This document shows, piece after piece, positions 25,802 through 40,352 of a stretch of 64,000 nt of DNA; position 1 is the stretch's first letter; every line of letters starts with the position of its first letter. A program made the position numbers and the translations under genes. The DNA is taken from NCBI GenBank assembly GCA_050575255.1, contig JBNZDD010013689.1, forward strand, positions 948,841 through 1,012,840, in the 5' to 3' direction. Source of the stretch: Harriotta raleighana (taxonomy: Eukaryota). A model generated the notes under the pieces. That model made no database searches. It saw only the letters and a list, made by a program, of their open reading frames with translations, and was not told the DNA's origin.

Positions 25802-26720
25802 GTAAGAGCAACGAGGCCCCTTTAAACGCCTCAAGCTAACGACGTCGTTGGGACGAGCGGCCGCTGTATAAACAAATGCAAGTTGTCGTCGTCGTTGAGA
25901 CACGTCTTGAAGTGCTTCGTAGCAAATATATACTGAAGTGAAGTGACTGTGCGTGTTGTCCTTCCTCTCCCACATCAGGCTCCACGACCCCTATCAGGAC
26001 CCCCACACCCTCGCCCGACTCCATCACACCCAGACCCTGGTCCTCACCTGCATCACCTTGACCCCACACCCCGCACTACCTCTGTGACCTCCTAACCCCC
26101 TCCCAACCTGTCCGCTCCCTCCACTCAGCAGGCTCCGGCTTGCTCTTATGTGTGTGACCCCCCCCACACCCCCACATCCCCCCCTTGAAATTCCTTCCCG
26201 CAGTCCCTCCAACTCCCTCCCTCCCTCGGACACCTTCAAGTCCCGCCTTCTCAAGACGCTCCTTCCCAACGACGCCATCATTCACTCACCCTCCCCGACT
26301 TCCCTCCACCTTCCCCGACTTCCCTCCACCTTCCCCTCCCCCCCCGCCTCGGAGTCCGAAACACTGGCCGCCCAGCTGGTTTGGGAAACAACCTCGCAGT
26401 GGGAAAGGTGCCGTGCAAACGCGGGCTTTGTGTTCGGTCGCGTCTTGTGGGTGGAACTCGCCCTGCCCGGCGGCGACCCACGAACAGCCGTGCGTCGGCC
26501 CCGTTTCTCAGTGGGATTATTTCTCCCGGGAAGTGACCCGCCAGTCGGCTAATACCCGAGCTCCCACCTATTGCCGGGTAAACAGGCATGTGGAGTAAGG
26601 AAACTTGCCCCTGACACTAAGGTTTCGCCCCCTCACCCACAAATCGAGCCCAGGGTCCTCTCGCTTGCAAGTCGAGTGCTCTAATACAAAACAGGACTCT
26701 TAAGAGCTTCGCAGGATATA

Positions 26721-26769
<49 letters not shown>

Positions 26770-27557
26770 CATACATATATAACCCCCATTCAGTTGTAAC
26801 TGAATGTAATATAAATGTTGTAACTGTCATGTGTTTCATGTTCTAATAGCCCTGTATAAGAAAAGCTTCTAACCATTTTTATGAATCTAGTAATTTTTAT
26901 GAATCTAATAATCAGTATTGAATTCTACTTGTGAGTCATGTTGTCAATAAATAATAACAATCCTTGCATTTGATATAGCGCTTTTCGCGACTTCTAGACG
27001 CCTTAAAGCACTTCACAGAATATACTGTAAAGTGAATTGACTATATATATATGTGGGCGAAATGGAGTTGTAGAGTATATATATATATATATAAAATGGA
27101 TTCACTGTATATTTTGTGGTAAGAGAGGAGAGTGTACACACAGCGAGTTTCACCGTGGAAAACTGATATTAAACTGCATATTGAATTTATTTTGTATGGG
27201 CAATATGTTGGGCAAGTTTCCTTACTCCACAAACACACCTCTGTTTACCTAGCAGTAAGTTGTTAGTTGAATGACGAATCGCTTTTCCAGGGTTAATAAT
27301 GCCTTTTTAAAAATTGCTCACTTTAATCTATGACTGGGGAACACTGCTGTGTGCAATTGGCTGCAGCGTTTCGCTCACAAAACACGAAAACACACCTTAC
27401 AGTGTATCCTGTGAAGCGTTTTGAGACACCTCAACAATATAATACAGCATATCAAATTATTATTATTTGTGTTCAACAAACACAAAATAAAAAAAATTGC
27501 CTCATATTTGCTTTTATTTTTCCACAAAAATCACAAACTGATTCTCTTTATGAGGTA

Positions 27558-27850
27558 CAGTAAAACCCTGTTTATCCGGCACCCACGGGAGCTGGCCAGT
27601 GGCGGTTAAACTTTTTTTCCGGTTGAATGGATTTATATTTTTTTAAATTATTTTAACACATGCCATATTAATAAGGGACTAAATAATAACAGAATATTCT
27701 ATTCATACATTATTATTTATACTTAACTTTGCAATCGCAGCATTGATTCAACGGGAGGTAAAAAACGTGACTTTAAAAAGCAATGAGTTTAGACCTAACG
27801 GCCAACAAACACACAGAGAGACACACAGACATTTTAAAAAAAAATTAAAA
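27558..27850 (+). mobile_element. pogo/Tigger-like non-autonomous DNA transposon (partial)
   Basis: ta|cagtaaaaccctgtttatccggcacccacggga end, identical to the element at 39744. Confidence 0.7.
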
Positions 27851-29240
27851 ATCTGCCCCCATATCTGCAACACCAGCAAATTAGATGCTGTGATATTGAT
27901 GCTATGATTTTGATGCTAAAAAGTATGCCCAACAGTACATTAGCTAGTATACACAGAATATGATTTTTTTCTAATTGAGAGAAAAATGGCCAATGTCATA
28001 TTGTTGACCAGCTAATATTGATCTGTGGATTTAATTACCCAATAAATGTTGTAACTTTCATTGGTTCATGTGTTTCATGTTCTAATAACCCTGTATAAAA
28101 AAAGCTAACCATTTTTATGAATCTAATAATCAGTATTGAATTCTACTTGTGAATCATGTTGTCAATAAATAATAACAATCCTTGCATTTATAGTGCTTTT
28201 CACGTCTTCTAGAAAAGCACTTCACAGAATAAAGTGAATTGTCTACACTGTACATATGTGGGCAAACTGCGGCAGCTAATTGCGTACAACAGTGTCCCAC
28301 AAACAGTCGCTTATAAGGCGAGTGCTCTAACCACTGAGCTACAGGACTCCACCAATTCACCACCAATAATAATTTTCTGTTATCCTCTTAAATCAGCCAT
28401 AATTTTAAGCACATATTAGATACTCTCCTATTTTTCTCTACTCTGCAAGCTGCACTCCCAATTCTTAAACCTTACATAACAACTACAGTGTATCATTCCA
28501 ACCTTGGCATCATCTCGGTCAATCTATTAAATTGATTAAAATTAGAAAAATATTTCCTCTCACAAGCAAGGCACAGGATCTGAATTCAATATGTATTTTC
28601 AGTGCAGTGCTTATTTGTGGAGACTACCTATTGTTTATGAATGATAACAAATGTGCCAACAAGGGTTTTTAATCATTGGATTGGCCTTTCAAATTTGTAA
28701 TACAGGATATTTTGTGTAAACCAATTTTGAGATGAGACACTATGCTGGAAGCTGCCTTGTGAACAATCCAGCATTTCTTTTCAAAGATTAAATTAAAGTA
28801 TAGGGGGCATTATGAGCCACATAGCAAGAAGTTTGCACCAACATTTAACAACCAATTATTTTGGAATTAAAAGTTTCAGAAAAACTAATATCCTTAGTCC
28901 ATTTTCGATATGGTTTGATTTAAAGGTAATATTAAGAAATAATGAGGTGTGAACATTTAAATCAGCTTTCCCAAGTGTGTGGATCAAAGAGATTGGTTTA
29001 ATATATTTGGGTTTATTCCCCTGGTTATTGGATAGTATTCAACTGGAGAATGTTCAGATATGAAAGTCATTAGCCTGTGGGATTTTATAGAAATGGCTGA
29101 TACCACATAGCACTATTCAATAATGAGTCCTGAAAAGTCAGGAAAGTGAATGCTTGCTGCAAAGATAAACAGTGATGGTTTCAAAATATTTTAACGGTCT
29201 TTACATTCAGTTTTAGTTAGGAGTTTGATTATTCAGCAGT

Positions 29241-29613
29241 ACAGTAAAACCTTGATAATTCGACATTGCGAATGCCAGCAACTCCCTAAAACCGGCAAGA
29301 TTTCAAAATACATATAGCATTAATTTTTTTCCAATGTCCGGCAAATCTCCCAATGTTCAGAACAGCTGCTTGCAGTTCATGCTGGCGCCGCTCTGTCATC
29401 TGTCGCTATGGTTGAAGCTCAGGCATTGCTTTACTTCAGTGCTGTGTTTATAGCACGCGTGGTATATGGAGCCAATTCTAGGATAGATTCTAAATACCGA
29501 AATCCAGGAGGTGAGTGGGCCCAACTGTGCCGGATTATCAAGCTTTTACTGTATATACGNAAATCCAGGAGGTGAGTGGGCCCAACTGTGCCGGATTATC
29601 AAGCTTTTACAGT
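29241..29613. mobile_element. pogo/Tigger-like MITE of a related subfamily (right end duplicated across the N at 29560)
   Basis: ta|cagtaaaaccttgataat ... attatcaagcttttactg|ta terminal inverted repeats. Confidence 0.7.
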
Positions 29614-31578
29614 ATATACGCATCCCTTTGCTCAGACCCACTGTAGTTTCAATACCTTTGATGAGATTAACCTTGTTCACTGACCTAGACATGTTAGCTC
29701 AGAGTCTCTTGTCAAAGCCATTTGGCTTTTAAAGACCGGGGTCTGTTCAGCATGTTTTGATTAATTTAATGACAGAATGCCACCGTGTGGTAGAATTGTT
29801 GTACAGTATATCGGAGACATTCATCTTAAATTGAGATTTTTCAAATATTTCCTTGCGTACTTGTTTAATTGTAGTCATAACTGGTATTTGTCAATATATC
29901 TAAAGGAAAGGCACACAATGACAAACAGTCATTTTGGCTTGTAGTTATTGCAAAAAATAAACTGGATTAATATGTCCGAGCGACATGTCTGCCCACGAAC
30001 ATTTCGCAGTGGTTGAGAAATATACAGATGGTTAACTGGAAAGGTGACTTCAAATTGCTTTATAATAAAAATAATCCAATTTATGAATAACCAGAGGTCA
30101 CCTTTTGAATTTTTGTTAGCACAAGCCTTGGAGAGTATTTACGCCGAAATCATGGCTGTGTCTCTAGGTACTTGTAAAATTTAAATCACAGCTGAAAACA
30201 AAGAATTTTCACTAATTGAATTTTGTTAGTGACAAGGTCCAGGGCAAAATTTCACCCAATACCTAAACTAAGATAGAGCTAGGATAATGTTTTTAAAATT
30301 ATAAAATAATACTTTAATTATCAAGCCCAGGCATAAAATAAGTCTGTCATTTGAACTGTAAGCACCAAAAACATTGTGGATATCTGCTAATTTCTCTATT
30401 ATTTTGCTATTAATCTGCTGTAGATTGACGATCTTCATTCACCTATTTACAGAAAGATTTTCTTCTTGATGTTTTTAAACGCAGTGGGAGAAGTAATGTT
30501 CAAGCTATTGACGTCAGCGTTCATGCTAAAATGTGTACCTTGGAGCAGAATGGTGCAGTTGGATAGAAAAGTCACTTTAGATGAAGCATTCATTGATTTT
30601 TCTTGCCCCTTTCATCCCAGGGGTTCCTACTGATCTAAACAGTAGCTGTAATGCAGGAAATTAGACTTCTACCGATTTATTTTAGTAATGGCCATCGATA
30701 TTTAGAAATTTGTGGTTCTTCCTTATTGTTGCAGAATTTCACATACAACATCCTTGGAGTTTTACACCATTACACCCTTTCTCCCCCGGCCCCATTTCCG
30801 TGGCTGTTTGTGGGACACTGCTGTGCGCAATTTGGCTGCCGCATTTTGCCCCCAAATATACACCTGGTTTTCCTGCTGTCTTCCCCCTATCTTGACCCCT
30901 CCCCTTACCCTCTTTCCCCCTTTCATCCCTGGCCACCTCGCTTCCATGACTGTGTGTGGGACACTGCTGTGCGCAATTTGGCTGCCGCGTTTCGCCCACG
31001 AATATACAGTCAATTTTTCCTACTTTTCTTCCCCCTCCCCCCACTTCACTGTACAGTGCCTTGGGACATCCTCCTGACGTGAAAAGCGTTATATAAATAT
31101 AAATAAATTTTAAAAAAAATNTTTGGCTGCCGCGTTTCGCCCACGAATATACAGTCAATTTTTCCTACTTTTCTTCCCCCTCCCCCCACTTCACTGTACA
31201 GTGCCTTGGGACATCCTCCTGACGTGAAAAGCGTTATATAAATATAAATAAATTTAAAAAAAAATTACAATGGTAGGCTGGATGGAACAATAGTTACTTC
31301 TACCTGTAACTGTTATATTGTTAGAATGTTTAAGGTATTTTAGAAACATAAAGCATAATCCAAGGTGCACATTGTGTTACATCGGGAGCAATCCATAGTC
31401 CTATAATTTTGAACTACCCTGGACAAACAATGTACAGTACGCATTTACTTTCCTATGGCACCTTTCAAATCAGGATGACGTCCTGATATGACTCCTACAT
31501 TGCATTGCTATACTGCAGGGAAACTACAACTTGGCGGTTTGTGAGTACAGTTTTTAAGCTTTTTTTTGTAAACCACAG

Positions 31579-31733
31579 AGAAAACCAGCAATTCTTAAAG
31601 ACATTCCCCTCGGCCCATGCACCTCAAAATGGACAGCGGATTACCTCAGCACACAAGGAGGAAGTCAGGAGGTCAAGGTCCATGCATCACCGGTGCCACA
31701 ACTGGATTTTATCAATAAAAATTTTATTTACAG
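31579..31733 (+). CDS. TYW5: TYW5 exon 2
   Basis: cacag|AGA...AG|gtact, 155 nt; [52 protein letters not shown]. Confidence 0.95.
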
Positions 31734-32092
31734 GTACTAACTTACAATCTTTTTTATTTCAGTTGAATTTACTGAAATATTTGTGTTTAGGTATTCCAAA
31801 TAGGATGATGAAACTCTTGATAAAACTATTAAACCTGGCAATTTTAAAATTAATTATGTTCCCTGGGAGTTCAAACAAATTGCTATGTTTTTAAATGAGG
31901 ATGTCAGTTCCTTGCCTAGTTCTCATCTACCTTACTGGACTTTTTTGAAAATAAGCACTGAATATCAATATTGTTAATAAATGCCATTAATACATTTGGG
32001 ATATTTAGCCATTGTATTGATTTGCTGCAGTTGTTTATAGTTTTTTGATTTTATACTTTATCTTCTTTCATCGAACAAGTTCTTGTTTCCAG

Positions 32093-32162
32093 AACTTTGC
32101 CATTTGATACGTTTGTCAAGCGTGCTGCCGAGAAAAAGCATACTGAGTACTTCATATCCCAG
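32093..32162 (+). CDS. TYW5: TYW5 exon 3
   Basis: ttccag|A...CAG|gtaatt, 70 nt; TLPFDTFVKRAAEKKHTEYFISQ. Confidence 0.95.
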
Positions 32163-32781
32163 GTAATTCTGCAACTTCTTTTAAGCCGAGTGTTAGTTCA
32201 CTGCAGTACAGTATGTGCTTATTAATAACTCATCAGCTGCATTGATAGGTTAAATTGTATTTTACTCTGGATAGGTATTTTGAGAGAAAGAAGATTAAGG
32301 GATATGGAGAACTGCAGGAAAATGCGATTGAAAGAACTGCCATGATCTAGCAAAATGGTAGAACAGGCAGAGTGGGCTGATTGATTTGCTCATGTTCCCA
32401 TGTTACAATAATGTTCCAGTGAACCTCAAATCTTTATATACCTGAATATATATGTTATCAACTGATTTCAAATCCATTTAAATGCACATTAAATGTAAAA
32501 GTCATTTAGTGCTCCATTATACTTGGAAGCAAAATAAATCTGTGACTCCACTGATTCTATATCAGTGTGAATTTATTTGACACCTATTTGTTCTATCCAT
32601 GAGCACTTTTTCTAATGTTGCTTTGGTAATTCAGCAGGGAGCAGCAGTGGAAAGGGCAAGGCTATAAAGCAGCTTCTGTGAACTTTGAAATAACTTCATG
32701 AAACTTTAATGACTCCTGTAACTCGCATAGATGTAAGCGTTGAGCACCCTTATGACTAATATGTTGATGTTGTGTGTTCAG

Positions 32782-32826
32782 GATGAGAAATATTACCTAC
32801 GGTCGCTAGGAGAAGACCCACGGAGG
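32782..32826 (+). CDS. TYW5: TYW5 exon 4
   Basis: ttcag|GAT...AGG|gtgagt, 45 nt; DEKYYLRSLGEDPRR. Confidence 0.95.
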
Positions 32827-33371
32827 GTGAGTGACTGAGCAATCACATATAAGGCTTTATATCACAATCCACACACATATGTTCATCAAGGGAATTTAAC
32901 CATAACAACTGATTGATGCTCATGTTTTTTGACCTAAATAATTTTGATTAAATCTCGTTAGATGGGCTCATACTGCAGTTAGTTAAGATGCTTGCAATGA
33001 TTCATATGTACTGTGCAGATGACTTGCATTTCTTTGAATCAAGATTAAATGCAGCACAATCAGGAGGGTGTTCAAAGTCAGAGGTAATTAATCTGCTTTT
33101 ATTAAAAGATGCATACTTCAAATAGGTACAGAAATGGAGAGTTAAGGTCATTTGTTTATTTTGTTTCTAAGGAGAGTGTCTACATACAAAATATTCACAG
33201 TTGCATTCATCTTTATACAGTACTCCAGTCCAGTTTCCATCATCACACAACACTTAGTCTACAAACAATTGAAATGTATTTAAAAGACTGAATATGTTTT
33301 AAGTGCTGACTTTTTAAGTAAAATAAACCTTAAAAACCAGCTCCACTATTAAAAGATCCAACTAATTCAGA

Positions 33372-33855
33372 ACACATAATTACCCAGAGCAGATTTCGTA
33401 CCCACATCTCGCCAATTCTGGCCAGACTCCACTGGCTCCCCATCAACAATAACAAAATTACATTTATGGAGTGCCTTTTATGTCTGGAGGACTGAACGGA
33501 TTGACTTCAAGATCCTCATACTTGTGTTTAAATCCATTCACTCTCTGGCACCTCCCTACCACTCCATCCTCCTCATTCCCCAATCCACCACCAGGTGACT
33601 CTGCTCGACTGGCGCCAGCCTCCTGTTTGTCGCTCGCACTCTCCTCCCCACACACGGAGGTCGTGCTTTCAGCCACCATGCCCCAACACTCTGGTACACT
33701 CTCCCTCAAACCTTCTGCCTTGCCCCACTCCTCTTTTTCAAGTCCCGCCTGGAAACCTTCCTCAAACCATGCTCAGAACCAAGCTCTGCCACTGTTAAGC
33801 ACTCTGAGATGCTAGCCTGCATGGAGGGCGCTGTATTGCAAGTTATTGTTGTTAA
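33372..33855 (+). mobile_element. L2 LINE 3' fragment, interrupted by a short tail-derived insertion
   Basis: ctccactggctccccatc...gacttcaagatcctc...ctctggtacactctccct matches the L2 3' end. Confidence 0.75.
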
Positions 33856-36303
33856 GAAGAGAAAAGGTTCTCAAATGTATTTGGGGAGATTGGAGAACAG
33901 AATCCAAAAGTTGTAGAAGTGACTTGGTAAAATTGACAATGGAGATGCAGTACTAGGTTTTGGCTTTGCATTGAAATGTGAATACCTTGGGGAAAAATAA
34001 CTGATCGTTACCCTAGAGCATCAGACATGTGTCTGTTTCCATTTTCTATTCTCAGTCTGAAACAAACTGGTGTTTGAAACAGCAATTAGTTTGGCCCCTT
34101 GTAATGTTTTACAGAATACAATAGCTAGATTTACTCCTTTTTGGGTTGGGAAGATTAAAAACCTTTCAGCTGATTTAAGGGCTGATTTTACAGAAATCTT
34201 GAGAGAATGGAGGTAATTGTCACTGGAGAAAAGAATGGCACTTTTATATATCTCTTTCCGACCTGCCCAATAAAGTCCTTCACAAGTCCCTTGTGCATAA
34301 AATAAATGTTTTGATTGCAAGATTGTTCTTGTCAGTATAATATATTGGAAGCTTTTAACTGTTTGACTACTTTCTCTCAATTTTATTGTGAAGCATCTCT
34401 TTTGTATATATCATGTACAAGTGACACACAGGCACAAGATCTTATTGATTACCTTAAAGTAAAACCACATAGTGTCAAAAGTAGAAAGATTTACACTGCC
34501 TAAGGGAGCATTTTGTTAACAAATAAATGCTGGTTTGTGCCACTGAAAGGATTAAAGGAGCAGTTTTTCATTCAGAACGTTTTTATGGTCAACATCAAAA
34601 AGATTAAAGGAAAATTAAGTTGTAGCGGTTATTTGAAATGGGATGCTTCAGTAAAGGCAAGGCATTGGCCTTTTTGGTCTGAATTTCTTTGCAAAATATA
34701 ATACAGTGTAAGCATGCTTTTTGTATATAATATCTGATGAAAATTTCAGTTTTTCCTAAATGTTATAATCAACAATTGTAGAAAATGTACAAAACAGTCT
34801 GCGACCTAACTGTTCAGTGCCTTGGGACGTTCTCCCAATGTGAAAGGCGCTCTATAAATGTCATTTTGTTTGTTTGTTTGCATTTGTAGTATTTTGTCCA
34901 ATTCAAGTTATTAGATTTTATTGAAAGATCAGAAAGCGTAGAACAAGAAAGGGGCAATTTGTCCATCAATCAAAGTATTCCATGAAGAATAATAACGACT
35001 TGCATTATGCAGCACCATTACCTCAAAGAACATCCAAAGTGCTCAAAAAAGTGTACAATGAAGAATGAGTAAGAGGTGGAAGTCAATTGCACTTCCGTGG
35101 AACTACCCAACCCAGCCTCCAGCCAAAGGTTGTGTTAATCTTTTCACTTCCCACACCCAAATTCCAGATTATCTGTCTAAATTTATATTCTATGTTATGA
35201 AGTATCCTTCATAGTCAGGATATTTCTATGATTTCAGCAGATTGTATTCTACGCAATGCAACATTGTCCTAAATGCCCTATCTTTTGTTCCATTTCTGAT
35301 ACATCCATGCCTTTTCTTTAAAGTGCGAATTTGCACACTATTGACTGCTCAACTGCTCCACATTTCCACTGTGCGAGGGAAAAGAAAATACCTTTTAATT
35401 TCATGAATTCCAGTTGATCAACAAAGGTGTTGTGACGTGGACATGGTTTTCAGAGAGAAATTAGCAAAGTAATTTTATTGAATATATTTTATCTTTAGAG
35501 ACATCCAATGATTGATTTGGAAATAATTGTTTACATGAATGTTTTCATTTATGTCTTAAATGACAACATTTCAGGATTTGAATCCAGTCCCAAGCAGATC
35601 AAATCATGTCATAAACAGAACAGTATGGTGATACAAGTCGATGGTGATTTTATTGGATTTGTCAGGCTATCATGTTAGCCTCCCATCACGAGTATGATCC
35701 TGTTTGTTACTTAACACCAACTTTAACAATCACTGGTACAATTTTAATCCACAAAAGGACTTAGTAAAATGACAATTGTTAAATTAAATGCGGTTTATAA
35801 AAGTGAAGAACTTCAATATTAGGCTAATTTATGCTCCCTTGGGTGAGGTTCAATTTATACATTGTTCCCTTTTTTGCACAGCCAAACAACAAAATTACAT
35901 TTGTATAGTAACCTTCAATGTTGGGAGGACGGCCAAATGCACTGGACAAACAGTTACACATATATACTCCACCTACACATGTAAAATGAAAATTGCTTGC
36001 TTCAGTTTACCTAGAAGATGAAACAGGCATATTTGTAACTCTTTAACGGCTGGGTTAAATTTAGTGCACTTTAATAGTATGTAACATTAATGAAACATTC
36101 CCTATTCCTGAGCATCTATTTTCTTTACCTACAGAATAGAAACAGATCTTTTTGGCAAGAGGGGGAAACCACATGATGAGAAGTAGCACAACTTTGATGA
36201 TCACATTGGATTGAGAGTTGTTTTATATTAGATGTTTTGTATTGCTTTGCTGTGATTCACAGAGATAAAGCTGATAACCTCTTTCTTTAATAATGAAAAA
36301 TAG

Positions 36304-36441
36304 GATATTGCTGACATCAAAAAACAATTCCCATCTTTGGCCGAAGATATCGAAATTCCGGAATTCTTTGAGAAGAATCAGTTTTTCTCCAGTGTTTTTC
36401 GAATCACCTCACCGGGTTTGCAGCTATGGACACATTATGAT
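36304..36441 (+). CDS. TYW5: TYW5 exon 5 (JmjC HxD motif)
   Basis: aatag|GAT...GAT|gtatgt, 138 nt; [46 protein letters not shown]. Confidence 0.95.
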
Positions 36442-37107
36442 GTATGTAACATGACTACATCATGCGCCTAATTTAGCTTGAAAGCTGGAAGAGCTAGAAA
36501 AATGAAAATTGTTTCTCAATGTATCAAGTTCTTTGTGTATAGTAGTTAACAGATGAGTATATGAATGCAATCCTCTCAATCATCTGCTCCACAGAAAATT
36601 AGCTTCATGTGGTCACTGAGATCCATCTCTTAGAGTTTTTTTAAACTTAAGGTGACGTTTTAAAGGTAAAATAAGATAAAACTTTTTAGGCTTTGGCACT
36701 GATATGAATATGATTCCCACTCTGTCAACAGGAATGAATGACAGCACCGATAGAATAGAGGTTGGCATTTACTTACATGGCTATTAGACTTAATTTCTGG
36801 GAATTCGTGGCTGTTGATTAAAGAAAGTATATCCAATCTAGATGAATATCAAGTGATCGCCAATGTTTAATGGCTTCTGACTGTGAGTATTGGTCAGAGA
36901 ACTCGCCCTCCGATTCCTGGTCCAGGCAAAATATTGGGCGAGTTTCCTTACGCCTTTGTTTACCTAGCAGTAAGTAGGAACCGTTAGCACATTAGCGGAT
37001 CACTTTTCGGAGGGTAATAATTCCCTAAAAAAAAAACAAAAAAAACTCTTTGGTCACCACAACTGTTGTGGGCAATTGGCTGTCTCATTTTGCCATACTC
37101 TATACAA

Positions 37108-37395
37108 TGGAGTCATGTAGTTCAGTAGTTAGACCACTCGCCTCGCAAGAGAGGGACGATTCCTGGCAGGGCAAAACTTTGGGCAACCCCCCATATTCCA
37201 CGCGCCTGATAATAATCCCTCAAGAAAAAAACCAAGGATAATGATTTGGTGGGATATTGCTGTGCACAATTGGCTGCTGTGTTTTGCTCACAAATTATAC
37301 AGTCAATTCATATCACAATGTATTATTTGATATGCTTTGAGATGTCTAGAGAACATGAAAAGCACTATATTAAATGCAAGGATTACTATTATGAT
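37108..37395 (+). mobile_element. Deu-domain tRNA-SINE copy
   Basis: tRNA-like head, Deu core and aaatgcaaggattactatt tail. Confidence 0.8.
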
Positions 37396-39215
37396 TAATT
37401 ATGCCAACCCTACATTCATTTGTCCTACACAATCTAAAACTTTCTAACAAGTAGGATATATTTTCATGAATAACTTCATATGACATGGGTAGAATGGGGA
37501 TTTGTTTTACTTTGAAAATCTTGTCTCCTTCTTTACTGCTCCAATTTAATTATGTGCTGCTTATGTCCAGGTGAGTTTTGGAAACTCGATTTAAATATAA
37601 TTTTGGGGGCCACTTATTAGATTTTGTCTTTGATGTTTTTGTAATCATAGAAACTCAATGATGCTGTTACGATTAGGAAACCACAAATGAGAGATGAATG
37701 AATCACCATGCCCTTTGCTGCATCTATCACGTTCAGCTGATTATGTCACATAGCCACACATCTCCCTAGGGAGTTTAGCGTGTTTAGCACTCATCTCCTT
37801 TTATATTATTAATGAAAGGTACAAGAGGTGGAATAAGTGCAGTAAAAAGCAAATAAATGGACTTTACTACACCAGAAAACAGTGATATTATTGAAGCTTT
37901 GATGTTTCAAGCAGGAGAGCAAGATAAAGGTAAAACTGGGTACAGTTTTATCAATTGTACGTGAGAAAGGGAAAAGCATTCATCTTATCACATTAAATTA
38001 GAATTTTCCAGGAACGATTGCAAAACCTGGTGTGCCTCATTAATATTCTGTGGTAGCTCAGGAGAAGATTATTTTTGCATTGTTTTAAAATTGCATACAA
38101 ATAAAAATATCAACTCTTCATGGTAGGATCCAGATGTGATGGTGAAGCATAATATTCAATATGACTTAACTTTGATTTGCAAAGAGACCGCCTGATAATT
38201 TTAGTTGCAACATCACTGAACAAAAAGATTGATGAATCAGTCACCAACAATAACAACAACAAAATTACACTTGTATAGCGCCTTTCACGTCGGGAGGACG
38301 TCCCAAAGCACTGAACAGTCAGCCGAGCGGGGGATGGGGGTTTATATTTGGAATTTAAAAATTTGTAATTAGCAGTTGACGGATTTTCACACATGAAATC
38401 GGATTTAAAGCAAGTCTACTTGAAAGACATCAACAGTTCTAAATTTTAAGACGTGAAGAACTTTGATTTATATTAATCATGTCAACCAGGCACCAACAGT
38501 AAGAATTTGTTAACTTTTGTAGGGGCATGCCCTTTGTTTGTGCACTACAACCTTCAATGGGAACTTCTAAACGTTGTTGACGGGCAGATCTTTCTCCATT
38601 CATGACTAGCAAGAGAACAGAACAACAGCAATTTACATTCAAACAGCATCTTTCTTTGTAGGAGAACTGTCAAAGCACTGCTTACTGTGAGCTTGAACTC
38701 ACGAAGAAACTGGGTTGGGGAAGATTGCTGAAATCTTGTGATTTAATGCATTTTTATGAAGGTCAAACTTTTTTTTGTGGTTATCACTGCCCCAGCATGT
38801 TCAACTTGTTTTTGAAAAATATGTTGATTTCTCATTTATTGGATGTTCCCGATGATGCCTTCTGGTGTGAAGGACACTATACAAATGCAATTTGTTGTGT
38901 TAATTTCACCAGGTTGCTACTTGATGTGAAGTTTGTACCGTTATATTATTCATTTAACTCCATACAATGTCAATGGCCAATGTGATGTGCAATTGGAGTT
39001 TTAATAGCCAACAGTGTTTTATTTATAATCTTTGGATACAATTAAATGCTATTCAATTTTAAAAAGAAAAAGTTAATTCATTTCATAACTGTGAGGGAAT
39101 TCTGGGCAAAAATTGACATCCGTATTCACCTATAAATCCAAATAGATTCTCACTATACTTCACAGAAATCTCTGAAGCACTGTGAGATGTTTCAATGCAA
39201 CATTTGTCTCCACAG

Positions 39216-39303
39216 GTTATGGATAATCTATTGATCCAGGTAACAGGAAGAAAACGGGTAGTGCTTTTCAGCCCTCGGGATGCGCCTTACTTGTATTTAT
39301 CAG
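39216..39303 (+). CDS. TYW5: TYW5 exon 6
   Basis: cacag|GTT...G|gtaagg, 88 nt; [29 protein letters not shown](G). Confidence 0.95.
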
Positions 39304-39743
39304 GTAAGGATGACATCAGGAGATGATGGAAGATGGCAGTTGTGAAAAAATGTTTTCTAAAAATGAGTAAGTCAGTGTGTGTCAGGCTGACACACTACCT
39401 GGTTCCTGTTCCAATAAAATTTCCTTTTGCGGTGGGTTAGGGTTCGGAACTGAATTCCTGTAGATTGGTGCAATGTTCCCCCACTTGTCTGCCGAAGAAC
39501 TTCCTTGTGGGAAATACATTTTCAATTTCAAATCCTATTAGAGACTGTTCCACGTCTTATTCAATTGAAAATTATTAAGCATAATTGAAATAATTATTTC
39601 TAAAGCTGCAAAGAACATTCATTGTGGAGGCATGGTGTGAGGTAATTAGTTGTGTCTGCTGAATGTTCAGTGAATATTAATACAGAAGTAAGAGTTAAAT
39701 GAAAGTATTTAATGTTACCGTTGACCCATTTGTTTTCTAGGTA

Positions 39744-40352
39744 CAGTAAAACCCTGTTTATCCGGCACCCACGGGACCTGGCCAGTGGCAGTTAAATGGT
39801 TTTCCGGTTGAACGCTTTAATTTTTAATTTTTTTTANGCACCCACGGGACCTGGCCAGTGGCAGTTAAACGGTTTTCCGGTTGAACGCTTTAATTTTTAA
39901 TTTAATTTTTTTTAAATAGAATATTGTATGGCTATTTTATCGTAAACATTATACACTACTACTGTATATAAATAAGATTATAATTGAGTATATCATTTAA
40001 TAGACTAAATACACTAATAACACATACTATAATAACAGAATATTGTATTAATACTTTATTATATTTAACTTCGGAGCATTGAGAGGGAAAAAAACCCAGC
40101 AAAATGGCGACTTTTAAAAAAAAACAGCAATTATCGTGACATTTCAAAGGAGCAGGTGGAAGTTTATACTTGATTAGCAGCCAGCCGAAATACCTGCACC
40201 AGTACTCGCATGCGACAATCGATTCATTAAATGCGTCATCACTCTTTTGCCGGATAACTTCTGGTTTATCGAATCGGGACTTTTTTTTTCAAAGGTTCCG
40301 GTTCAACGGGATTTCCGGTTCAACGAGTCATGAATAAACGAGGGTTTTACTG
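39744..40352 (+). mobile_element. pogo/Tigger-like MITE, complete
   Basis: TIRs cagtaaaaccct.tttat / ataaacgagggttttactg flanked by TA target duplications. Confidence 0.85.

Noticed and set aside
25147-25839. 230-aa plus-strand ORF
   Set aside because: GC-rich CpG island antisense to MAIP1 exon 1, and not in the TYW5 exon 1 frame.
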